Below, in pieces: positions 26,310 to 35,683 of a stretch of DNA of 64,000 nt. This DNA is from a virus (taxonomy: Duplodnaviria; Caudoviricetes), in the IMG/VR virus record IMGVR_UViG_3300013121_000017, positions 128,001 to 192,000 of that record. One strand, written 5' to 3'. Under the pieces are notes generated by a model that searched no databases, was not told the origin of the DNA, and saw only the letters and a list, made by a program, of their open reading frames with translations. The position numbers and the translations under genes are program-made. Positions within the stretch are counted from its first letter, which is position 1; every line of letters begins with the position of its first letter.

Positions 26310-27002
26310 ATGAACAACGGGCTTGCATTCAGATCCTGGCTACTGACCGAAGAAGAGTCATGGCATAAGAGCAAAGGACTTCATGTCTTCTTCGACATGA
26401 ACGAGACGCTCGTCGCCACGATTGAAGTCGGCTGGCTCAAAGACTGCCCCGGCAATGCCAACTACGCACCTTTGCTTCGCCCCGGCATCGATCCACACCC
26501 TGGCGTGACTTCCATCCAATGGAAGGGGCAGAAGGTTCACGTTTTCCCGCGTCCCGGCCTACGCGAATTCCTCGAAGAGTGCAAGAAGTTCGCTTCCATT
26601 CACATCCTCAGTCATGGAGAGATTGGTGAAGTCCGCAGAGTAGTCAAAGCCCTGAAGCTCACCGATCTTTTGCCCGAGAGTGAACTGCACTCAACCCGCC
26701 TTCTGGCTCCGGGTGATCTCGAACGTAAGTACGAACTCGACAACACCAACTGGGTGTTGGTCGATAACCTGTGGCCGACAACCGCCGAGATGATCAACAA
26801 GATGCGTATCCTGGGATTGAACTTCCCAGGCAAGACGCCGAGCGAGGAAGGCGAACTCGTATCCACGGTCGGCAAAAATCGCTTCGTCAACGTGAAGGAA
26901 TACCGGACTGAGATTGCCGAGAATCAGGACTACGAACTGTATCGCGCCTTGGGCGAGATCAAGAAAAAGCTTGGCTTACCGCTGGGAAACAAGAAGGGCT
27001 GA
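26310..27002 (+). CDS. HAD/NIF (FCP1-like) phosphatase-family protein
   Basis: FFDMNETL, RPGLREFL, LVDN. Confidence 0.75.
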   Translation: MNNGLAFRSWLLTEEESWHKSKGLHVFFDMNETLVATIEVGWLKDCPGNANYAPLLRPGIDPHPGVTSIQWKGQKVHVFPRPGLREFLEECKKFASIHILSHGEIGEVRRVVKALKLTDLLPESELHSTRLLAPGDLERKYELDNTNWVLVDNLWPTTAEMINKMRILGLNFPGKTPSEEGELVSTVGKNRFVNVKEYRTEIAENQDYELYRALGEIKKKLGLPLGNKKG

Positions 27003-28034
27003 TGCGACCTTGCTCTTGATGTCGCTGAAGACCCTCTCAATAGATCGGGTTGAATCGATCTTCACAAACGACGGAACCTTACGCAACTCACGGTCGTAAA
27101 CCTTCTTCTGCATGCCCATGTAAATCGGACAGCTTTCTTCCTTGGATTCCGCGCCAGTTACGTCCATGCCGGACGAGTAGTGCTTCAGACCCTTGGAATC
27201 GCCGGCTCGCTGACATGCCAACTCCGTACCAACCGAAATGTAGAACAGGATGTCCGGTTCGCGGAGGTCGCTGTACATCTCTCGGACGAATAGTGGCTTG
27301 ATGCCGTGAGCAGCGTCACGGGCCATGCTGGTGTACCAGTAACGGTCACAAACGACAACCTTGCCGGACTCCAGGGCTGGTTTGATTTCCGTTTCGTAAC
27401 GGTGGATCATGTCGGCGGCATGCAAAAGATTGAACAACTTGGGAGTCAATTCCCTGGCATCCTTCGCCTTGTCAATCGGCTTTTCGAGCAGCGGCGAACT
27501 ACGCCACTTTGAGTGAACATAGTCGATGCCGAGTTCTGCAAGCCACTTGCACAACATGTCGATCTGTGACGTTTTTCCGGCCCCGTCCAATCCCTCGAAG
27601 ACGATCAGAAGGCCGCTGTCCTTTTTCTTGAGGAAGTCGCTGAAAGTTCCAGACAGGTGATTACCAAACAGTTTGCGAACACCCTCGGAAACAATGACGT
27701 TATGGCCGCGTTCGAGAGCCGGAACCTGGGTGATCTTGTACCAGCGTAGTTTGGCAATGTCGTCGTCCGGCTTTAGCTTCACGTCGGCATCCACCTTGAC
27801 GCAGAACGAATGGATTGTCTTCTTGCCGTCTTCGGTCGTGTGGAGTTTGGTCAATTTCTGGACATGGATGCCAGTTTCCTCTCGCACTTCGCGCACGGCT
27901 GCCGCATGAGGGGATTCACCCTTGTCGAGTCTGCCACCGGGCAGTACCAAAGAGTCGTCATGGCGAGTCCCGATGAGGACTTCTATAGCCCCCTTATTCT
28001 GCCGGAAGATCGCCACGGTTGAGATGTCAGCCAT
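26976..28034 (-). CDS. tmk: Nudix hydrolase-thymidylate kinase fusion
   Basis: Nudix box GG...AAVREVREETG; EGLDGAGKT and CDRY TMK motifs. Confidence 0.9.
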   Translation of the reverse strand: MADISTVAIFRQNKGAIEVLIGTRHDDSLVLPGGRLDKGESPHAAAVREVREETGIHVQKLTKLHTTEDGKKTIHSFCVKVDADVKLKPDDDIAKLRWYKITQVPALERGHNVIVSEGVRKLFGNHLSGTFSDFLKKKDSGLLIVFEGLDGAGKTSQIDMLCKWLAELGIDYVHSKWRSSPLLEKPIDKAKDARELTPKLFNLLHAADMIHRYETEIKPALESGKVVVCDRYWYTSMARDAAHGIKPLFVREMYSDLREPDILFYISVGTELACQRAGDSKGLKHYSSGMDVTGAESKEESCPIYMGMQKKVYDRELRKVPSFVKIDSTRSIERVFSDIKSKVASALLVSQR

Positions 28035-28099
28035 GCCCGTATATAATGGTCACGTCGCACTATCTTAGAGGCGACTTCAACCAAGAAAGGAAACCCCAG

Positions 28100-28623
28100 A
28101 TGAGAGACTGATTCAAGAGAAGATCGAGAAGTGTCTCGACTTCTTTCACTCGCAACTCCGGTGCATCCACGGACACACCGTCAACTCAGGGCTGATCGAC
28201 ACGCTTCGCGTCCCGTACCACGGGCAGAAAGTCCCCATCCGGCAACTCGGCTGGGCCTGCGAACGCGGCAATGTCATCGCCATCTCACTCTACGACCCGA
28301 CCATCGTCGGGGCGACACTCCAGGCCGTCAAAGAGGCCGGGCTTTCGGGCTACACCGCAAAGCATGAAGTGATCGTCAGCATCCCCAGGCCGACAACCGA
28401 AGACATTCAACGCAACCAAAAGCGAGTCCGTGAACTTGGCGAGGACGCCAAAGTCGCGGTGCGGAAGGTTCGTCAAGAATTTCGGAAATCGAGTGAAAAA
28501 CTTCCCGAGGATGAGCGTAAGAGAATAGAGAAGGAAATTCAGGCCGAGATCGACAAGGCCATTTCCCGCATCGACTTTGACGCAGCCGCTAAAATTGAAG
28601 CACTTGACATCAAGGGCTTCTAA
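28100..28623 (+). CDS. frr: ribosome recycling factor with out-of-frame start (ATG AGA GAC TGA, body in the -1 frame from ~28108)
   Basis: IQEKIEKCLDFF...GLIDTLRVPYHG...IPRPT...EDAKVAVRKVRQ matches RRF along its length. Confidence 0.8.
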
Positions 28624-28635
28624 CAGAGTTGCGTC

Positions 28636-28848
28636 ATGATTCCTGGGAACTGCTTAATCTGTGCCGTCCTGATTTGGATCTGGACCGGCGGAACAATCAT
28701 CCGAACATACCGTCCCGGCACAAGGATTCCCCACTGGGTTGTCCTTGGCCGGGATGGTCATGTACGTCACTTCACCGTCGTGAAAGACTTATTGCCGTAC
28801 CCGCTTCACTCGATCATTTTCCTGGGTCGGTTTGAGAGGATCGGTTGA
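28636..28848 (+). CDS. hypothetical protein
   Basis: 70-aa ORF. Confidence 0.5.
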   Translation: MIPGNCLICAVLIWIWTGGTIIRTYRPGTRIPHWVVLGRDGHVRHFTVVKDLLPYPLHSIIFLGRFERIG

Positions 28849-29517
28849 TCAGCGACGGAATAAGTTTCGGAGTGCGGGCAAGGGGTTCAGACCGAACCCT
28901 AAGCATGGCCCCCACGGATCGTATTCCGGCAGCCCCTGCATCTCACGAAACTTCTTGTAACCAGGGTTGCCCATCTCGTTACCGTTGCCTTCCTCGGTGA
29001 TTTTGTCCAAGACTTCTTGGACCTCTTCCTTGGTGAAGCCCTTGTTGCGGAGCGTCTTGATCAGCAATCCCGTAGCGTCACGGGTCTTGAAATTGTTCGC
29101 GTCCATGTTCTCGTCCATTTTGGTCGAGTCACCGCCCGCCGCCGTGTAGTAGTCGTTGGCGTCCGATTCCTTGATCTCCATCGTCTTGCCGCTTTTGAGC
29201 TTGAACGACTTCATTTCGTACAAGCCCTGGATTCCAGGGATCTCTTTCTTGCTGTTCAACACCGAGTAGTAACTGCCGAGAATGCGTCCGCCACGGGCAG
29301 CGATCTCAGGATCGCCGCTATTTGCCGCTTTACGCATTGCCTTGAGGCCGGCGTAGTCCATCTTGGCGAGGGCTGCTGTAGCTTTTTCTCGGGTACGAAA
29401 ATCATCGTCGCCCATCAACTTGATGAGCTTCTCCTGTTCTGCCGTGATTTCAGGAGCATCCTTGATTGGATCGGCATCCTGTGCCAGGGCCAAGGACAGA
29501 AAAAGTGCTAAAAACAT
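28849..29517 (-). CDS. secreted HEAT-like protein
   Basis: signal peptide; LMGDDDFRTREKATAAL...DPEIAAR. Confidence 0.75.
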   Translation of the reverse strand: MFLALFLSLALAQDADPIKDAPEITAEQEKLIKLMGDDDFRTREKATAALAKMDYAGLKAMRKAANSGDPEIAARGGRILGSYYSVLNSKKEIPGIQGLYEMKSFKLKSGKTMEIKESDANDYYTAAGGDSTKMDENMDANNFKTRDATGLLIKTLRNKGFTKEEVQEVLDKITEEGNGNEMGNPGYKKFREMQGLPEYDPWGPCLGFGLNPLPALRNLFRR

Positions 29518-29550
29518 GGTCGCCTCCAGTAAGGCGCGAACCATCTTGGA

Positions 29551-30630
29551 TCAAGAATAGAAGGCGTGAATGAGGTCTACCACCTTTTTCGCGTCTTCTA
29601 GCGTCATGCCGGGGTGAAGCGGGATGTTGAGTCCCTCTTCTGCCAGTCGCTCCGTGTTTGGCAACACCACGTCTTGCTGTCCGTAGATCGGCAGGTGGTG
29701 AAGCGGCGCATACCGAAGCGTTGAATACACGCCATTGTTCTTCAAATGGTGGGCGAGCTTGTCACGATGCTTACACCTAATGAAATAGGTGAAGCGTGAA
29801 TGTGATGCCAGTAAATCAGGCAGTGAAACGAAAAACAGATGTTGCTGGTAGTAGTTCCAGATCTGATTGCGTCTCGCCTGAAGTTCTGGGAGCCGTCTCA
29901 ACTGCTCCAGGGCGATGCCGGCGCACACGTCGTTGCAAAGAACCTTCGGGAAAATGCCGTGTACGGGTGGTTCCCACCAGCGTGCTTCTCCTGTCGAGGC
30001 GAAGCCACTTTTGCCGACGCCACAGTACCGAAGATCTCTTGCCCGCTGACAGATCTCTTTCGACCCGGTCAATCCGCCGCCTTCTGGACATGCAAGGTTC
30101 TTGACGGCGTCGTAGCTGAAAATGCCAACCGCACCCTTCGAGCCGCACGCTTTCCCATCAGGGAAGTCGGACACGACGGCATGGGCCGCATCCTCGATGA
30201 CAGGCTCGCCAAGGGCCATGATTGGATCAATGTCCACCGGCCTACCTGCATAATGGACTACCATAACAGCCTTGGTCTTCTTTGTAAAGACAGCTTTGAC
30301 TGTTTCACAGGTGACGTTCTGCGTGCCGTAGTCAACGTCACAGAAGACGGGGCGATGACCACACAAGGCGACGGCCTGCGAACACGCAACCCAGGTGAAT
30401 GAAGGTATAATGACATCGGACCCAGGCGGAAGGTCAAGCAGGTGGACTGCAAGGTGCAAAGCAGAGCTTCCGCTCGACACCATGACGAGATCGTTGAGCC
30501 TTCTGGCTGCCGCGAATTCCTTCTCAAATTGCTGGACGACCGGCCCGGCCCCCATCCAGTTTTTCTGGAGGCTCTCGCCGACCCGCAGATATTCGCCGAT
30601 GCCGGTCGAAGAACCGAAAACGTTGATCAT
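29551..30630 (-). CDS. DegT/DnrJ/EryC1/StrS PLP aminotransferase
   Basis: SSGSSALH, VHYAG, IEDAAHA, SYDAVKNL. Confidence 0.92.
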   Translation of the reverse strand: MINVFGSSTGIGEYLRVGESLQKNWMGAGPVVQQFEKEFAAARRLNDLVMVSSGSSALHLAVHLLDLPPGSDVIIPSFTWVACSQAVALCGHRPVFCDVDYGTQNVTCETVKAVFTKKTKAVMVVHYAGRPVDIDPIMALGEPVIEDAAHAVVSDFPDGKACGSKGAVGIFSYDAVKNLACPEGGGLTGSKEICQRARDLRYCGVGKSGFASTGEARWWEPPVHGIFPKVLCNDVCAGIALEQLRRLPELQARRNQIWNYYQQHLFFVSLPDLLASHSRFTYFIRCKHRDKLAHHLKNNGVYSTLRYAPLHHLPIYGQQDVVLPNTERLAEEGLNIPLHPGMTLEDAKKVVDLIHAFYS

Positions 30631-30656
30631 TGAACCTCCCCTGGAGGATTATAGTC

Positions 30657-31319
30657 ATGAATCTTGTCTTGTTCGGAAACAACCAAACTGCTGCTGTGGC
30701 GTGGGCCTACTTCTCGGAGTTTTCGGTCTACAGGGTCGTGGGCTTCACGGTTGACAGCGGCTACATGACGGGGCCGCGACACCCTCAGATTGACCTTCCA
30801 GTGGTCCCCTTCGAGGAAGTCGAAAAACACTTCTCGCCGAAAAACCACATGATCTACGTCTCGGTTGCTTTCCAGAGCCTTAATCGAGTGCGAGAAGCGA
30901 AGCTTCAGCAAGCCAAGGCCAAAGGATACAAACCAGCATCCTTCATCAGCCCTCACGCCAAAATCTCGAAGTACGCCAAGATCGGCGAACACAACTTCAT
31001 CATGGAAGACAACAACATCCAGCCCTTCGTTGAGATTGGAGACAACAACATCATCTGGTCTGGCAACCATATCGGGCATCACACCAAGATTGGCAACAAC
31101 AACTTCATCGCGTCCCATGTCGTCATTTCTGGCAGCGTCACGATTGGCGACCACTGTTTCTTCGGTGTGAACTCAACTATCAGAGACAACATCTCCATCG
31201 CCGACGAGAACATCATCGGTGCTGGTGCATTGATGACCAAGAACACAGCATCGGGCGAGGTCTACTTCGGCCAGCGTGCAACACTGGCTGACAAACCCAG
31301 CAGCAAGGTGGTACTTTGA
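30657..31319 (+). CDS. hexapeptide-repeat acetyltransferase (NeuD/PglD-like)
   Basis: left-handed beta-helix repeats, NHIGHH. Confidence 0.9.
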   Translation: MNLVLFGNNQTAAVAWAYFSEFSVYRVVGFTVDSGYMTGPRHPQIDLPVVPFEEVEKHFSPKNHMIYVSVAFQSLNRVREAKLQQAKAKGYKPASFISPHAKISKYAKIGEHNFIMEDNNIQPFVEIGDNNIIWSGNHIGHHTKIGNNNFIASHVVISGSVTIGDHCFFGVNSTIRDNISIADENIIGAGALMTKNTASGEVYFGQRATLADKPSSKVVL

Positions 31320-32233
31320 AATTCAAGCGAATCAAAAACATCTACGTCAACGACGGCAGCTTTGAGTGGCGGAAAACACACGCCCAGGCTCCCTTCCCTT
31401 ATCGTTTGGACAACGGCCTGTGCCGCTTGTTTTTTACCACAAGGGACAGCCACAACTGCGCCCACCCAACTTACCTCGATTTCGACATGGACAGAATGGA
31501 GGTTGTTCAAGAGCCGCCCGGCCCGCTTTTGGTCCCAGGCAACCCCGGCTGCCACGATGACGCTGGCGTGATGTCGGGCTGTGTGGTCAAGGACAACGAC
31601 AGATATTTGTTGTACTACCTCGGCTGGTCGTTGCAAGTTGCCGTGCCACATCAAACATCAATCGGCGTGGCAGTTAGCAAGAACATGATGGACTGGACCA
31701 GATACTCCGAAGGACCGATCTTGTCCCGGTCGATCTATGATCCGCTCTCGGTTTACATGCCCTTTGTCACAAAAGTTGCCAATGATTGGTGGCGTATGTG
31801 GTATGTCAGTGGCGACCCGTGGCGAAATGTCAACGGGGCTGTTGAATGTGCCTACACCAAACTGAAATACGCCGAGTCAAACGACGGCATTCACTGGAAT
31901 TGTCGTCCAGAGCCGATCTTGGTATTCCAAGACCTGATCGCCAGACCAAGCGTCAGGTACGTCAACGGCGATTTTGAGTTGATGTTGTCCGTCCGTGGGA
32001 TAGACGGATTCAGGACCAACAAAGAAGCAGCTTACCGGCCAGTCCTGTTCCGGTCGCAAAACGGCATTACCAACTGGAAGAGTGAAAATGTCGATATGGC
32101 CCCCTCGGAGAACGAGTGGGACAGCATCATGACTGCTTACGGCATCCTCTATTCCCACCACGCCAAGAATTACCTTTTCTACAACGGTAATGGGTTTGGC
32201 AAAACCGGCATTGGGATCGCGGTGGAGACATGA
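31316..32233 (+). CDS. five-bladed beta-propeller glycosidase-like protein
   Basis: DDAGV, YLLYYLGW, YNGNGFGKTGIG. Confidence 0.75.
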   Translation: MKFKRIKNIYVNDGSFEWRKTHAQAPFPYRLDNGLCRLFFTTRDSHNCAHPTYLDFDMDRMEVVQEPPGPLLVPGNPGCHDDAGVMSGCVVKDNDRYLLYYLGWSLQVAVPHQTSIGVAVSKNMMDWTRYSEGPILSRSIYDPLSVYMPFVTKVANDWWRMWYVSGDPWRNVNGAVECAYTKLKYAESNDGIHWNCRPEPILVFQDLIARPSVRYVNGDFELMLSVRGIDGFRTNKEAAYRPVLFRSQNGITNWKSENVDMAPSENEWDSIMTAYGILYSHHAKNYLFYNGNGFGKTGIGIAVET

Positions 32234-32934
32234 TTACAACCGTCTTGCAACCGGCCTTCTTGCCCTGGCTCGGCTATCTGTCCATGATCAGGATGTCCGA
32301 CACGTTCGTCTTATATGATGACGTGCAGTTCTTTCGTTGGTTCGTCAACAGAAACAAACTCAAAGTTGACGGCAAAGAGAAGTGGCTAACTGTGCCTGTA
32401 TGCAGTCACCGCGACTTGATTAGCCAGACGAATATCTCCTACAGCACAGACTGGATGAATCAGCATCTTGAAACCATCCGGCATGCTTACAGCAGGGCCA
32501 CAAATTTCAAGGAGGGCTTCGATTTGGTGAGAACAATATACAAAAAGTTCGACACCATTTCGGAGTTGGCTGTTCACTCGGTGAGAACGACCTGTGATTA
32601 TCTCGGGTTGAAAACCAAGCTGACGCTTTCCTCAGAGCTTGCTGTCTCAGACAGTGGCAAAACACAGAGACTTATCGACATCTGCCACGCAACAAATGCC
32701 AGGATTTACCTGACGGGCTATGGGTCCAGTAATTACATCGAGCCGGACCTGTTTGAAAAAGCGGGCATGAGAATGCTCTTTTTCAAATACGAGGAGAAAC
32801 CACGACGCCAGCTTGGGGAAGGATTTGTGCCGTATCTTTCGTCCATCGACGCGATCATGAACAACTCCAAGGAAGAGGTCTTGTCTCTCATTTCAATGAG
32901 GCCAGTTCTCAAAATCCAAGCGGAACTTACATGA
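32230..32934 (+). CDS. WbqC-family protein
   Basis: QPAFLPWLGY, DDVQF, NRN, LSSIDAIMN. Confidence 0.9.
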   Translation: MITTVLQPAFLPWLGYLSMIRMSDTFVLYDDVQFFRWFVNRNKLKVDGKEKWLTVPVCSHRDLISQTNISYSTDWMNQHLETIRHAYSRATNFKEGFDLVRTIYKKFDTISELAVHSVRTTCDYLGLKTKLTLSSELAVSDSGKTQRLIDICHATNARIYLTGYGSSNYIEPDLFEKAGMRMLFFKYEEKPRRQLGEGFVPYLSSIDAIMNNSKEEVLSLISMRPVLKIQAELT

Positions 32935-33653
32935 AACTCATCAGGAAAAAGAAAGAGATCTTCTTCGGAATCGAGATCATCACATGTAACCGGAAAAAGT
33001 ACCGGCCCATCAAAGAACTTGTTTCCGAAACGCTGAGATCCGTTGTAGAACAGCGGTATCCGCATTGGCGTGTCTATCTCGTCGGCGACCATTACGAACC
33101 CGAGGAAGAGTTTCGTCAATACACAAAAATCATTCCGCGCGAAAAGCTGGTGGCCTACAACTTGAAAGGCCACACTCCAGAAAGAGAGATTTTCAAGAAC
33201 CCAAACCATCTAGCACGCATTGGCGGCAACAAAGCCATCAATTTCTGTCTCGACCTGATGGAGTCTACCGGCATACGCTACACCGCGCGTCTTGACGATG
33301 ACGATCTGTGGACCCCATATCACTTGGAAGCATTACGGGATGAGTTCGTCAAATTCCCATCTCCAGCCTTTGTGTGTACGATGAGCAACTTCAAGTACAC
33401 TGGTATCTTGCCGGCATTCAAACCAGACGAAGAAAGAAGACCAAGAATCACAACGCTGGCGTGCAATGTTGCTGCGTCATCGGTTGCCTGGGACATGAAG
33501 AGGGTTCCGTTGAGATACAGACGAAACCTGATAGACATAGCGTGGGAAGGTCAATACGGTGATGCCGACATGTGGACATCGATAGAACAACATTGTCACA
33601 GACACGGATACGGAATGTCGATTTCACCCAATGTGACCGTGGAGGTTAGATGA
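32931..33653 (+). CDS. glycosyltransferase family 2
   Basis: SVVEQRYPHW, RLDDDDLW. Confidence 0.8.
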   Translation: MKLIRKKKEIFFGIEIITCNRKKYRPIKELVSETLRSVVEQRYPHWRVYLVGDHYEPEEEFRQYTKIIPREKLVAYNLKGHTPEREIFKNPNHLARIGGNKAINFCLDLMESTGIRYTARLDDDDLWTPYHLEALRDEFVKFPSPAFVCTMSNFKYTGILPAFKPDEERRPRITTLACNVAASSVAWDMKRVPLRYRRNLIDIAWEGQYGDADMWTSIEQHCHRHGYGMSISPNVTVEVR

Positions 33654-34396
33654 AGAACGTTTGTTTTGGCGTCAAGATTCTGACGTTCAACAACCCAAAC
33701 AAACTGAAGCCGATGAAGGAATATGTCGAGGAAGCTATCGACTGCGTTCGGCGGCAAACCTATCCACACTGGAAGATCCTTCTGATTGGCGATCACTACG
33801 AGCCTCACAGCGAGTTCGTTCAACTGTCACGTCTCGCACCCAAGGACAAAATCGTAGCCGTGAACCTGCCGCGCTCTCCAGAAAGAGAGATTCACACCGG
33901 CTATAACCTCTGGTCGTGCGGCGGCATGACTGCCTTCAACTTCTCACTAGACTTGGCGAACGAGCTTGACCTTACACACATCGCCAATTTGGACGATGAC
34001 GACATTTGGTTTCCACGCCATCTGGAATTCCACGCCGATAGCTACAACACAGACCCGAACGTCGTGATGGTACTGACGCATGGCCATTTCAAGTTGCCAA
34101 ACAACATTTTGCCCAAACACTGTGACGCGCCGCGTCCGTTCTTCGACCAGTCCCCGGTATGGCCGGAAAAAATGGGCAGCATAGCTGGCAACTCTTGTAA
34201 CTGTGCTTGCTCATGGGATTTCAAGCGAGTGCCACTGCGAATAAAGAATACAGTCGAAACGACTCCTTGGGCCAAACAGGCTGGAGATTTTTGGTTTTGG
34301 AAGGAATTTGAGACGATGGCTGTGAAGGGAGGGTATCGAATGGTTCTGCGTCCCGAGATCACGGTTTTCCAGAGACACACCCATCGGGAAAGTTGA
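33650..34396 (+). CDS. glycosyltransferase family 2 (paralog)
   Basis: VRRQTYPHW, NLDDDDIW. Confidence 0.8.
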   Translation: MKNVCFGVKILTFNNPNKLKPMKEYVEEAIDCVRRQTYPHWKILLIGDHYEPHSEFVQLSRLAPKDKIVAVNLPRSPEREIHTGYNLWSCGGMTAFNFSLDLANELDLTHIANLDDDDIWFPRHLEFHADSYNTDPNVVMVLTHGHFKLPNNILPKHCDAPRPFFDQSPVWPEKMGSIAGNSCNCACSWDFKRVPLRIKNTVETTPWAKQAGDFWFWKEFETMAVKGGYRMVLRPEITVFQRHTHRES

Positions 34397-34442
34397 CTTT
34401 GTGCCGCGACAACAACTGTGCTATGCTACTAGATAGCCATGC

Positions 34443-34478
34443 GGAGGGTTAGCTGGCGGTCCAGCAGGCGGACTTATA
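34443..34478 (+). pseudogene. orphan 5' half of a TAT-anticodon tRNA
   Basis: TAGCTGGCGGTCCAGCA...CTTATA parallels the intact copy at 34859. Confidence 0.55.
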
Positions 34479-34513
34479 CTGCGAAGAAGGTAGATGAGCC
34501 GCATAGATAGGAC

Positions 34514-34894
34514 ATGCCATCAAAATCCCCCGAGAAGAACCGAGAGTACCAGCGAGCATGGTTTGCGAAGCACAAGGAAGTCCAAAAAGCTCGCAACAAA
34601 GACAACCGCAAGAAGAAGCTGCAATGGTTTTCCGAATACAAATCAACTCTGAAGTGCGTTAAGTGCGGCGAATCTCACGTCGCCACGCTTGACTTTCACC
34701 ATCGCGACCCGACTATAAAAGAAGACGGAATCGGCCTCCTGATACGGAGAGCCTGGAGTATCGAACGGATACTCGAAGAAATCGCCAAGTGCGATGTGCT
34801 TTGCAGCAACTGTCACCGGAAGCTACACTACGAGGAATGCACTGGACAGTTTGCTTATCGAGCGGTAGCTGACGGCCAGCACGCAGCCTTATAA
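34514..34894 (+). CDS. HNH endonuclease
   Basis: CVKCGE...LDFHH...CDVLCSNCHRKLH. Confidence 0.88.
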   Translation: MPSKSPEKNREYQRAWFAKHKEVQKARNKDNRKKKLQWFSEYKSTLKCVKCGESHVATLDFHHRDPTIKEDGIGLLIRRAWSIERILEEIAKCDVLCSNCHRKLHYEECTGQFAYRAVADGQHAAL

Positions 34895-34947
34895 ACTGCT
34901 TAGGGTCTGATAAACCCGAGAAGTGGGTTCGACTCCCACCCGCTCGA
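34859..34947 (+). tRNA. tRNA with TAT anticodon (Ile AUA) and long variable arm
   Basis: CGAGCGG/CCGCTCG acceptor, loop CTTATAA, GTGGG-TTCGACT-CCCAC. Confidence 0.8.
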
Positions 34948-35016
34948 CTTAACTCCCTTGCCCTCTACTTCAAACACCCGCTCGTCTTCCTATATACCGC
35001 AAAGGAAGGTGAGCGG

Positions 35017-35652
35017 GTGCTTTCATTTCAACAGTACATCAGACAGGCCGGCGACGAGCGACTGCTGGAGCAGATCGCCCGGAACATGGTCGTGTCCGGC
35101 CACACGATAGAAGACACTTTTCAGTTCCTGCCACAGACCTTGAATGAAGGCTTCTTCCGCCGCCTGGGCGCAGCCTGGAGGGCTTTCTGGAACCCTGATC
35201 AAGAAACCTACACACGCCAGCAAGTCGAAGAATACGTCGCCAAACAAACCCAGGCTATTCAAGCACAACTCCAAACCATGCTGAACGAGCTTGGAAAGGC
35301 TGGTACGGACAAAGCAGCTATTCAGCGGATGCTGGAAAAAATGAACGCACACTTCTCTGGTGTTGCGGCCACGCTTGACCATGCAGCAGAAGTGGATCGA
35401 GCTATGGCTACTCGATCCGGCGGTGGCGAATCCGCAGACGTGACATTGCCGCCAGACCCAGGCGGTGCATGGGATGCTTTGCAAAAGATTCCGGCAATCC
35501 AAAGATCTGAAGCACTAAATACTTGGTGGAACGGTCTGCCGGCTCCAGACAAAGAGAAGATCCTGAAGCTACTGGGACTCGAAGGAGTCGCGGTAGAGGG
35601 TCGTCACTTGAGAAAGCCGCTTGAAGCCGCACGGGCTGCGGGAAAGATTTGA
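35017..35652 (+). CDS. hypothetical late protein
   Basis: TATATA box upstream; LSFQQYI start. Confidence 0.7.
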   Translation: MLSFQQYIRQAGDERLLEQIARNMVVSGHTIEDTFQFLPQTLNEGFFRRLGAAWRAFWNPDQETYTRQQVEEYVAKQTQAIQAQLQTMLNELGKAGTDKAAIQRMLEKMNAHFSGVAATLDHAAEVDRAMATRSGGGESADVTLPPDPGGAWDALQKIPAIQRSEALNTWWNGLPAPDKEKILKLLGLEGVAVEGRHLRKPLEAARAAGKI

Positions 35653-35683
35653 CCATCCCTCATAGATAACCCAAGAGGTGAAC

